In this document: positions 56,657 to 64,000 of the stretch, in pieces
How positions within the stretch are numbered: position 1 is the stretch's first letter
Layout: each line of letters begins with the position of its first letter
Assembly (NCBI GenBank): GCA_965250085.1
Contig: OZ252287.1
Coordinates: 1,088,001 to 1,152,000, forward strand
From: Candidatus Altimarinota bacterium
GTDB taxonomy: Bacteria; Patescibacteriota; Gracilibacteria; CAIRYL01
Length of the DNA: 64,000 nucleotides
Direction of reading: 5' to 3'
Made by a program: the position numbers and the translations under genes
Notes under the pieces: generated by a model
Database searches by the model: none
The model's input: the letters and a program-made list of their open reading frames with translations, nothing else
Told to the model about the DNA's origin: nothing

Positions 56657-57633
56657 TTGTCATGCAAAACACCGCTTCTCAGAAGCAAGTCGAAGATGTT
56701 GTGAATGCCATCGAAAAACTCAATCTCAAAGCAGAAAAGATTCCGGGTTCTCAGCGTACGGCCATTGGAGTCATTGGAAATAAAGACTATGTTAACGAAG
56801 GAGGTATTCTTAATTTTCCAGGGGTAAAAGAGATAATCCATGTGACCAAAAAATATAAGTTGGTGAGCAGGGAATATAAAAACGAGGATACTCTGGTAAA
56901 AGTGGGGAACACAGTTGTTTTTGGAGGTAAAAAACCCGTCGTTATTGCTGGTCCCTGTTCTATAGAATCTGAGGATCAATTTCTTACCATCGCCAAGACG
57001 GTAAAAAAACTTGGTGGCGATATGCTCAGGGGTGGTGCGTATAAACCAAGAACTTCTCCCTATTCCTTTCAGGGACTCGGAGAAAGTGGTTTACGAATTA
57101 TGAAAAAAGTATCTCAGCAAGTGGGACTTCCGATAGTGAGCGAAATTATTTCTGCCGAGGATATACCACTGTTTCAAAAGTATGTTGATATGGTTCAAAT
57201 TGGCTCTCGAAATATGCACAATTTTGACCTCATTCAAAAAGTTGCCCTTATGGGCAAACCTATTCTTCTCAAGAGAGGGATGTCGGCAATGATGGAGGAG
57301 TTTTTATTGGCTGCAGAATATATTTTGAATGCAGGGAATCCAAATGTTGTTCTTTGTGAAAGAGGAATACGGACTTTTGAAAATTCCACAAGGAATATAC
57401 TTGATCTCAACACTCTCGCACTCATTAGAAAGGAGTCGCATTTGCCGATTATTGCTGATCCAAGTCATGCGGCTGGTCGTTTTGACCTTATCACACCGCT
57501 TGCAAAATCAGCACTTGCAGCCGGTGCACAAGGACTTATTGTTGAAGTCCATAATAACCCAAGAGAAGCTCTTTCTGATGGCGAACAGTCACTCAATTTG
57601 GACACTTTCCATTCCTTTATGAAACAACTATGA
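56650..57633 (+). CDS. aroF: 3-deoxy-7-phosphoheptulonate (DAHP) synthase, type I-beta with N-terminal regulatory domain
   Basis: IAGPCSIE, RGGAYKPRTSPYSFQG, QIGSRNM, LCERG, DPSH. Confidence 0.93.
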   Translation: MLIVMQNTASQKQVEDVVNAIEKLNLKAEKIPGSQRTAIGVIGNKDYVNEGGILNFPGVKEIIHVTKKYKLVSREYKNEDTLVKVGNTVVFGGKKPVVIAGPCSIESEDQFLTIAKTVKKLGGDMLRGGAYKPRTSPYSFQGLGESGLRIMKKVSQQVGLPIVSEIISAEDIPLFQKYVDMVQIGSRNMHNFDLIQKVALMGKPILLKRGMSAMMEEFLLAAEYILNAGNPNVVLCERGIRTFENSTRNILDLNTLALIRKESHLPIIADPSHAAGRFDLITPLAKSALAAGAQGLIVEVHNNPREALSDGEQSLNLDTFHSFMKQL

Positions 57634-58826
57634 AATCGCTTAAAAAGTACATATTGAATAGATCTGGACACTTTGGGATATATGGGGGCAGATATATTCC
57701 TGAACTCCTCATGCCCATCATGGAGGAATTGGAGCAGGCTTTTTACGAAAGCATACGAGATCGCGATTTTCTTTCTGATCTCAAAGGTTTGTATACCACT
57801 TTTGTTGGCAGACCTACTCCTTTATATTTTTGTGAGAACCTAACGAAAAAGCTAGGAGGAGCTAAAATCTTTCTCAAAAATGAGGGGCTTGCTCACACCG
57901 GGGCACATAAAATCAATCACTGCACAGGACAGGCGCTCCTGGCAAAAAAACTTAAAAAGAAAAGGATTATTGCAGAAACAGGAGCAGGACAACACGGTTT
58001 AGCTACTGCGACCATTGCAGCAAAATTTGGATTTGATTGCACTATTTATATGGGTGCAAAGGACTATAAAAGGCAACGTCCAAATGTGTTCTGGATGGAA
58101 AGACTCGGAGCGACAGTAGTTCCAGTTACAATTGGCGGCCAAATACTGCGAGATGCAATCAACGAAGCATTGCGGGACTTGATTTCGAACCCGAAAGATA
58201 CTCATTATTTACTGGGTACTGTGTGTGGACCTCATCCATATCCAGTGATGAATGCATATTTTCAAAGTATTGTCGGAAGGGAGATGAAAAAGCAACTTCA
58301 GAAAAAACCTAATTATCTCGTTGCCTGTGTTGGCGGTGGGAGCAATGCCATGGGCATTTTTCATGAGTTTTTGGATGATCAGGATGTCAAAATGATAGCT
58401 GTGGAAGCAGGGGGGAGGAGTTTAAAATCGACAAAGAAAGGATGTGAGCACGCTGCTCGTTTTGAAAAAGGAAAAGTAGGAGTAACTGAAGGGTTTAAAT
58501 CGTATTTTCTCCAAGATAAGCACGGACAGATGCGAGAAACACACAGTATTGCCGCAGGATTGGATTATTCTGGAGTGGGACCTCAACTCGCATATCTCAA
58601 AGATATTGGTCGTATTAAAACTTCGTACGCATTCGATAGAGAAGTGCTCGAAGCATATACACTTTTAGCAAAAGAAGAGGGAGTTCTTGCTGCTCTAGAA
58701 TCCTGCCATGCTGTTGCTGAGGTTATCAAGCTTGCTCCAAAGCTCAATAAAGAAGAAGTTATAGTTTTCAATTGCTCTGGAAGAGGGGATAAGGATTACT
58801 TCATTGTTCGGGATAAATTTTCATAA
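57630..58826 (+). CDS. trpB: Tryptophan synthase beta chain
   Basis: HTGAHKIN, AETGAGQHG, ACVGGGSNA, AGLDY, SGRGDKD. Confidence 0.97.
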   Translation: MKSLKKYILNRSGHFGIYGGRYIPELLMPIMEELEQAFYESIRDRDFLSDLKGLYTTFVGRPTPLYFCENLTKKLGGAKIFLKNEGLAHTGAHKINHCTGQALLAKKLKKKRIIAETGAGQHGLATATIAAKFGFDCTIYMGAKDYKRQRPNVFWMERLGATVVPVTIGGQILRDAINEALRDLISNPKDTHYLLGTVCGPHPYPVMNAYFQSIVGREMKKQLQKKPNYLVACVGGGSNAMGIFHEFLDDQDVKMIAVEAGGRSLKSTKKGCEHAARFEKGKVGVTEGFKSYFLQDKHGQMRETHSIAAGLDYSGVGPQLAYLKDIGRIKTSYAFDREVLEAYTLLAKEEGVLAALESCHAVAEVIKLAPKLNKEEVIVFNCSGRGDKDYFIVRDKFS

Positions 58827-58832
58827 TTCCAA

Positions 58833-59570
58833 ATGAAACTCATGACTCACATCGTCGGCGGATATCCCACTATGAAAGAATGTGAAGCTATAGCACTTAC
58901 TATGGTAGAAGCAGGAGTATCATATTTAGAAATTCAAATTCCTTTTTCCGATCCCATCGCTGATGGCAGAACAATCTTGAAAGCTAATACAAAAGCTTTG
59001 CAAAATGGAATTACTCCTGAGGATTGTTTTAGACTTATGAAGAAGTTAAAACGGCAGACAAATATACCTCTTCTGTTTATGACCTATTACAATATCCCCT
59101 TTCGTTATGGGCTTGAAAAGTTCTGCAAAAAAGCAAAAGAGATAGGGTGTTATGGACTTATAATCCCTGATATTCCTATAGATGAAGAAAAATATGAGAA
59201 TTATCTTTCGATTTGTAAAAAACATAAACTGCACGCCATACAAGTGATTTCTCCTCTTACTCCTGAAGCGAGGTTAAAGAAAATAACAAAAGTCGCATCG
59301 GGGTTTGTGTATTGTGTCTCGTCTTCTGGTACCACAGGGGAAAGAAAGAATTTCTCTCCGAAGTTGGATGAATATCTCAAGAGAGTGCGAAAGCATATAC
59401 ATGTGCCAATAGCTTTAGGATTTGGAATTTCCAGGAAAAGCCATATTGGAGTCATTCAAGAAAAAGTGGATATTGCCATAATTGGGAGCAAATTGATCAA
59501 TCTTTATAACACTTCAAAGGAGAATAAGTTACAAACAATAAAAAGCTTTCTCAAAAAACTAACCTCCTAA
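58833..59570 (+). CDS. trpA: Tryptophan synthase alpha chain
   Basis: GYP, LEIQIPFSDPIADG, MTYYN, GTTG, GFGIS. Confidence 0.95.
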   Translation: MKLMTHIVGGYPTMKECEAIALTMVEAGVSYLEIQIPFSDPIADGRTILKANTKALQNGITPEDCFRLMKKLKRQTNIPLLFMTYYNIPFRYGLEKFCKKAKEIGCYGLIIPDIPIDEEKYENYLSICKKHKLHAIQVISPLTPEARLKKITKVASGFVYCVSSSGTTGERKNFSPKLDEYLKRVRKHIHVPIALGFGISRKSHIGVIQEKVDIAIIGSKLINLYNTSKENKLQTIKSFLKKLTS

Positions 59571-59619
59571 AAAGAAAAAATCTGAACTCAAAATCAGTAC
59601 AATTTCTACGAGAATAGCC

Positions 59620-59648
59620 TTGACTCTCACTACCTTCATCAGTAAACT
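59620..59648 (+). promoter_or_regulatory. Promoter of the rplC cluster
   Basis: TTGACT-17-TAAACT, then a leader of about 120 nt. Confidence 0.6.
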
Positions 59649-59771
59649 CCCTTGGCGTTTTGATCTTGCGCAATACATTCGGGTTCAAGTCCTTTTGTTT
59701 TCTAAAAGGGCGAAACAGGGTTTTTATCCTCTCAGAATCTGAATTTTATTTTCAAGCTCTCAAAGACCTTT

Positions 59772-60347
59772 ATGATTGGAATACTTGGAAAAAAACTCGG
59801 TATGTCTCAGTTGATCACAGAAGAGGGACACATGGTTCCTGTGACGTATCTTGTGTGCGAACCCAATACTGTCCATCAAAAAAAAACAGAAGATAAAGAT
59901 GGGTATAGTGCTGTTGTTTTAGGCGCTGGTCCACTCAAAAAGCCAACGAAGACAAAAAAGTTCAAGAAATTGAAAGAATTTAAATGCGACGAAGGAGAAT
60001 ATAAAGAAAAAGATAAGATAAAAGTTGATATCTTTGAACCAAGTGATCTTGTTCGTATCTGCGGAGTATCAAAAGGAAAAGGATTTCAGGGAAGAGTAAG
60101 AAGGCATAATGCTCGTGTTTCACGTCGAACACATGGAACAAAATACACTCGCCATGGATCAACTGGACAATGTGCTATGCCAGGACGAACAAAAAAGGGA
60201 ACGAAGATGCCTGGTCGAATGGGGTGTGACACAGTCACTCTTAGAAACAGACCCATTATGATGGTGGATGTAAAACGAAATATCTTGGCGATCAAAGGAT
60301 CAGTGCCAGGGGCTATTAATTCTCTTGTTGTTATTGAAAAGCAATGA
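59772..60347 (+). CDS. rplC: 50S ribosomal protein L3
   Basis: GKKLGMSQ, DGYSAV, SKGKGFQG, MPGRMG, KGSVPG. Confidence 0.97.
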   Translation: MIGILGKKLGMSQLITEEGHMVPVTYLVCEPNTVHQKKTEDKDGYSAVVLGAGPLKKPTKTKKFKKLKEFKCDEGEYKEKDKIKVDIFEPSDLVRICGVSKGKGFQGRVRRHNARVSRRTHGTKYTRHGSTGQCAMPGRTKKGTKMPGRMGCDTVTLRNRPIMMVDVKRNILAIKGSVPGAINSLVVIEKQ

Positions 60348-60976
60348 TAAAAGCAGCACTTTATTCACAGGCTGGAAAAAAGAAATCGGATGTTACTTTG
60401 AAAAAAGAGCTGTTTGAAGCTTCCATCAAAGAAGATCTCATGCACTTGGCTTATGTGCGACAGATATCTAATGCACGTACTGACACTGCATTCTCAAAAA
60501 CCAGAGGAGAAGTTGTAGGAGGAGGACGAAAACCGTATCGACAAAAAGGGACAGGACGTGCTCGGCAAGGCTCAAAAAGTAGTCCTATTCTTCGAGGAGG
60601 AGGGGTAGTGTTCGGTCCTCGTGCGAATAGAAACTACACAAAAAATATGCCAAAAAAACAAAGACGTGCAGCACTTCTCTCTGCACTGTCTCTCAAGGCA
60701 CAAGGAGAGGAAATCATGATTCTTGATGAGTTCAAAAATGACAAACCCAAAACAAAAATCTTTGCCAAGATGCTTTCAGATTTGAAAGTGCAGAGAAAAG
60801 TGCTGGTGGTCACCGCAGAATCAAACAGTGTACTTGAAAAAAGTGCAGAAAATCTGCCAAGTGTCCGTGTTTTGAGAGTAGAGTATCTCAATATTCGAGA
60901 CTTACTCTGGGCTGACACGGTATTGTTTCTCGAACCAGCTCTCAAAAAAGCAGAAGAAATATTTACCAAAGCATAG
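60344..60976 (+). CDS. rplD: 50S ribosomal protein L4
   Basis: KTRGEV.GGGRKPYRQKGTGRARQGS. Confidence 0.97.
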   Translation: MIKAALYSQAGKKKSDVTLKKELFEASIKEDLMHLAYVRQISNARTDTAFSKTRGEVVGGGRKPYRQKGTGRARQGSKSSPILRGGGVVFGPRANRNYTKNMPKKQRRAALLSALSLKAQGEEIMILDEFKNDKPKTKIFAKMLSDLKVQRKVLVVTAESNSVLEKSAENLPSVRVLRVEYLNIRDLLWADTVLFLEPALKKAEEIFTKA

Positions 60977-61037
60977 CTTTGAAATTGTAAATTTTAGATT
61001 TTACATTATAAATTTTCTCCATGAACCTTCCCTTAAC

Positions 61038-61073
61038 GTCCGTCACGGCCATGCCTACGGCAGACAGGCGGAC
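61038..61073. repeat. GC-rich palindromic repeat in the rplD-rplW spacer
   Basis: GTCCGTC...TGCCTACGGCA...GGCGGAC flanked by AT-rich 7-mer-like tracts. Confidence 0.5.
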
Positions 61074-61110
61074 AAGCTCCATTCATCATTCATAATTCAA
61101 AATTTTATCC

Positions 61111-61452
61111 ATGCAATTGCATCAAATTCTCCTCGGCCCTGTGACAACAGAAAAGTCTGTACGACTGCAGGAAGACAACATGCACACATTTATGGTGCAC
61201 ATGGATGCTACAAAAATAGATGTTCTTAATGCAGTGAAGAGGTTTTATGGAGTGATGCCAACATCTGTTCGGATCATTCGGTTTCCAAAAAAGACTCGAA
61301 TGATTGGGCGTAGTCAACTTATGACAAAACGCCAACAAGGAAAGAAAGCACTCGTCACACTCAAATCTGGAGACACCATAGAGCTTGTGAGTGTGGAGAA
61401 GAAAACCAAAAAGAAATCCTCAGAAAAAACTTCTCAACAATCTAAAAAATAA
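61111..61452 (+). CDS. rplW: 50S ribosomal protein L23
   Basis: PVTTEKS, ATKIDV..AV, KKALVTL. Confidence 0.93.
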   Translation: MQLHQILLGPVTTEKSVRLQEDNMHTFMVHMDATKIDVLNAVKRFYGVMPTSVRIIRFPKKTRMIGRSQLMTKRQQGKKALVTLKSGDTIELVSVEKKTKKKSSEKTSQQSKK

Positions 61453-61462
61453 TTTTATATAT

Positions 61463-62305
61463 ATGGGAATTAAAATCTATAAACCAACAACGCCGGGAAG
61501 AAGAAATATGAGCAGTGTAGACTACTCTGATCTCACCAAAAAAAAGCCAGAAAAAGCCCTTTTGTCTAAAAAGAAGTCAAAAGCAGGAAGAAACGCGCAC
61601 GGTCGAATTACCGTACGCCATCGTGGAGGTGGGGTTAAAAAGCACTATCGTAATGTAGATTTTAAGCGAGTAGATAAGTCAGATATCCCTGCTCATGTAG
61701 CAGCACTTGAATATGATCCCAACAGAACAGCATTTATTGCGCTTTTGCACTATGTAGATGGAGAGAAAAGATACATCCTTGCTCCTGATAAAATGAAGGT
61801 GGGAGATGAAGTCATCACGTCAGAATCTGCAAAACCAAAGACAGGGAATCGTATGAAGATCAAAAATATCCCTGTGGGATATGCACTTCACGACGTTGAG
61901 CTTACTCTTGGAAAAGGAGGGCAGATTGTCAGAAGCGCCGGGAGCTCAGCAAAGCTTATGTCACTTGATGCCGACATGGCGCAGTTGCAACTTCCGTCTG
62001 GAGAGGTGCGATTCATTCATAAGGATTGTTATGCCACTGTTGGAACCGTTTCAAACGCGGATCACATGAATGTAGTCATTGGAAAAGCAGGAAGGGTGCG
62101 CAAGATGGGAAAACGACCTCAGGTGCTCGGAAAGTCCATGAATGCTGCTGATCATCCGCATGGCGGAGGGGAAGGGCACTCACCTATAGGACTCAAGCAT
62201 CCAAAGACACCGTGGGGAGCGCCAGCACTCGGATACAAAACTCGAAAGCGTAAAAATCCTTCTTCTAAATTTATTATTCGCCGTCGTGGTGGGAAGAAGA
62301 GATAG
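61463..62305 (+). CDS. rplB: 50S ribosomal protein L2
   Basis: [36 protein letters not shown]. Confidence 0.98.
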   Translation: MGIKIYKPTTPGRRNMSSVDYSDLTKKKPEKALLSKKKSKAGRNAHGRITVRHRGGGVKKHYRNVDFKRVDKSDIPAHVAALEYDPNRTAFIALLHYVDGEKRYILAPDKMKVGDEVITSESAKPKTGNRMKIKNIPVGYALHDVELTLGKGGQIVRSAGSSAKLMSLDADMAQLQLPSGEVRFIHKDCYATVGTVSNADHMNVVIGKAGRVRKMGKRPQVLGKSMNAADHPHGGGEGHSPIGLKHPKTPWGAPALGYKTRKRKNPSSKFIIRRRGGKKR

Positions 62306-62358
62306 TCAATTTTCAACTCTTTTAAACTTTTTACTTTTACTTTTATAATCTAGTTCCT

Positions 62359-62634
62359 ATGCCACGAAGTTCAAAGAAAGGACCGTATGTAGATGAAAAA
62401 CTCCTCAAGAAAGTGATGACTATGGAGTCAACAGGAGGAAAAAAAATTATAAAGACTTGGTCTCGAGCATCTTCTATTCATCCTGCTTTTGTGGGCCACA
62501 CATTTGGAGTTCATAATGGGAAGCAACATGTCCCCGTGTTTGTGACGGAAGACATGGTAGGTCATAAACTTGGAGAATTTGCTCCTACTCGTAAGTTTCG
62601 AAGCCATGGTGGAAGGATGGCAAAAACAGAATAA
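62359..62634 (+). CDS. rpsS: 30S ribosomal protein S19
   Basis: [30 protein letters not shown]. Confidence 0.98.
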   Translation: MPRSSKKGPYVDEKLLKKVMTMESTGGKKIIKTWSRASSIHPAFVGHTFGVHNGKQHVPVFVTEDMVGHKLGEFAPTRKFRSHGGRMAKTE

Positions 62635-62664
62635 TATTTATTTATAACTCCTTATTAGTTGCAT

Positions 62665-62988
62665 ATGAAAGCAGTACTCAGACAAGTTCGGATCTCTCCA
62701 AAAAAGGCAAATATTGTAGCGACCATGGTACAAGGAAAAAGTGTATCGGAAGCAGATGAAATCCTGAAGTACCTTCCGAAGAAAGCAGCTAAGATCCTGA
62801 GAAGAGTAATTACTTCCGCAACAGCAAATGCACAAAATAATCTTGGACAAGACACTTCAAAGCTTATGATAAAACGCATTTTGGTAACCAAAGGGCCTCA
62901 AAATAAGAGATGGATTCCTGTATCTCGAGGCCGTGCCAATCCACTCTTGAAACGCACATCTCATATTACTGTAGAGCTGAGTGCATAG
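62665..62988 (+). CDS. rplV: 50S ribosomal protein L22
   Basis: RISPKKA, SATANA.NN, RGRA..LKRTSHITV. Confidence 0.97.
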   Translation: MKAVLRQVRISPKKANIVATMVQGKSVSEADEILKYLPKKAAKILRRVITSATANAQNNLGQDTSKLMIKRILVTKGPQNKRWIPVSRGRANPLLKRTSHITVELSA

Positions 62989-63043
62989 GAAAAATTACCA
63001 ATAAGAATCTTTCTTTTTACTTTTTATTTCATAACTCGATAAT

Positions 63044-63706
63044 ATGGGGCAAAAAATGAATCCGGTCGGCATGAGAATAGGTATCACCAACACTTGGGAA
63101 AGCCGGTGGTTTGTGAGTGATAAAAGGCAATATGCGCAAATGGTAAATCGAGATGCAAAAATACGAGATTTTCTTTTTCAAAAACTAAAGGATGCGGGTA
63201 TTGCAAAAATTGTGATAGAGCGATCGAACAAAGATACACATCTCTCTCTCTATACAGCAAAACCCGGAGTACTCATCGGAAGACAAGGAACACAAGTAGA
63301 TGATCTGAAAGAAGATCTTTTCAGAAAATTTGGCACTCGATTTGAAATTGCAGTAAAAGAAGTAAAAAAGCCAGAATTGGAAGCACGTTTGGTAGCAGGG
63401 AACATTGCTCAGCAGCTGGAGAGACGTATTGCTTTTCGTCGTGCGGCAAAAATGGCTGTCCAAAAAACAATGGAAGCAGGCGCAAAAGGTATAAAAGTGC
63501 AAGTGTCCGGCAGACTTGGTGGTGTAGAAATTGCGCGTAGTGAATACTTTATTGATGGAAAAATCCCTTTGCATACTTTCCGAGCTGATATTTCATATGC
63601 GCATATCAATTCACATACAACATATGGTGCTATCGGAGTAAAAGTATGGATTTACAAAGGAGAGGTATTTAAAAAGGTGAATTCCGATGCTCAAGGCGCT
63701 TCATAA
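63044..63706 (+). CDS. rpsC: 30S ribosomal protein S3
   Basis: MGQKMNPVGMRIG, KPGVLIGR, SGRLGGVEIAR, TTYGAIGVKVWI. Confidence 0.98.
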   Translation: MGQKMNPVGMRIGITNTWESRWFVSDKRQYAQMVNRDAKIRDFLFQKLKDAGIAKIVIERSNKDTHLSLYTAKPGVLIGRQGTQVDDLKEDLFRKFGTRFEIAVKEVKKPELEARLVAGNIAQQLERRIAFRRAAKMAVQKTMEAGAKGIKVQVSGRLGGVEIARSEYFIDGKIPLHTFRADISYAHINSHTTYGAIGVKVWIYKGEVFKKVNSDAQGAS

Positions 63707-63711
63707 AAGGC

Positions 63712-63740
63712 TTGACGTCAACTTTTCTCCTCTCTACAAT
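63712..63740 (+). promoter_or_regulatory. Internal promoter upstream of rplP
   Basis: TTGACG-17-TACAAT. Confidence 0.55.
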
Positions 63741-63785
63741 CTCCCAGCTTTTATTTTTTGATCACACTTTCTTTTTTCTTTCATA

Positions 63786-64000
63786 ATGCTAAATCCAAAG
63801 AAGACAAAATACCGGAAGTGGCATCGCCTCAGGGGGCGCCTTAAAGGGAACGCTACCAGTGGTAGCCGGATTGCATTTGGTGAGTATGGTCTCAAGGCAA
63901 TCACACGAGGAGAAATCAGTGCACGACAAGTAGAGTCCGCACGAAGAGCAATCAACAGATATATCAAAAGAGGTGGAAAGGTTTGGATTCGTGTATTTCC
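63786..64000 (+). CDS. rplP: 50S ribosomal protein L16 (runs off the window edge)
   Basis: [14 protein letters not shown]...FGEYGLKA...[23 protein letters not shown]. Confidence 0.96.
   Translation, partial: MLNPKKTKYRKWHRLRGRLKGNATSGSRIAFGEYGLKAITRGEISARQVESARRAINRYIKRGGKVWIRVF

Overview
Chromosomal DNA of an AT-rich bacterium, most likely Patescibacteria/CPR (Peregrinibacteria/Gracilibacteria-like). This is inferred from a CPR-type pilin, an M23 peptidase with SLH domains, ribosomal proteins with long extensions, few obvious Shine-Dalgarno motifs and rRNA insertions. Long conserved genes have no in-frame TGA, so genetic code 11 applies. Housekeeping genes include recA, tgt, proS, proC, groESL with a CIRCE operator, gap, fbp, tsaE, ychF, rpsP, radA, pnp, rpsO, argS and rplC-rplP (no rpsJ). 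There is a 23S-5S unit without 16S, with its own promoter and intervening sequences, plus tRNA-Ala, two inverted IS30 copies and one IS1595. Several short palindromic repeat families are present, and two copies sit in frame inside proteins. The standout is a complete, doubly regulated tryptophan operon: promoter and tandem TrpR operator, trpR, a WW leader peptide with attenuator, trpE, trpG, a triple trpD-trpC-trpF fusion, DAHP synthase, trpB and trpA. Its enzymes are almost free of Trp, and such an operon is unexpected in a lineage generally considered auxotrophic. A ~200-nt structured RNA candidate lies upstream of recA. All calls come from reading the sequence; no searches were run.
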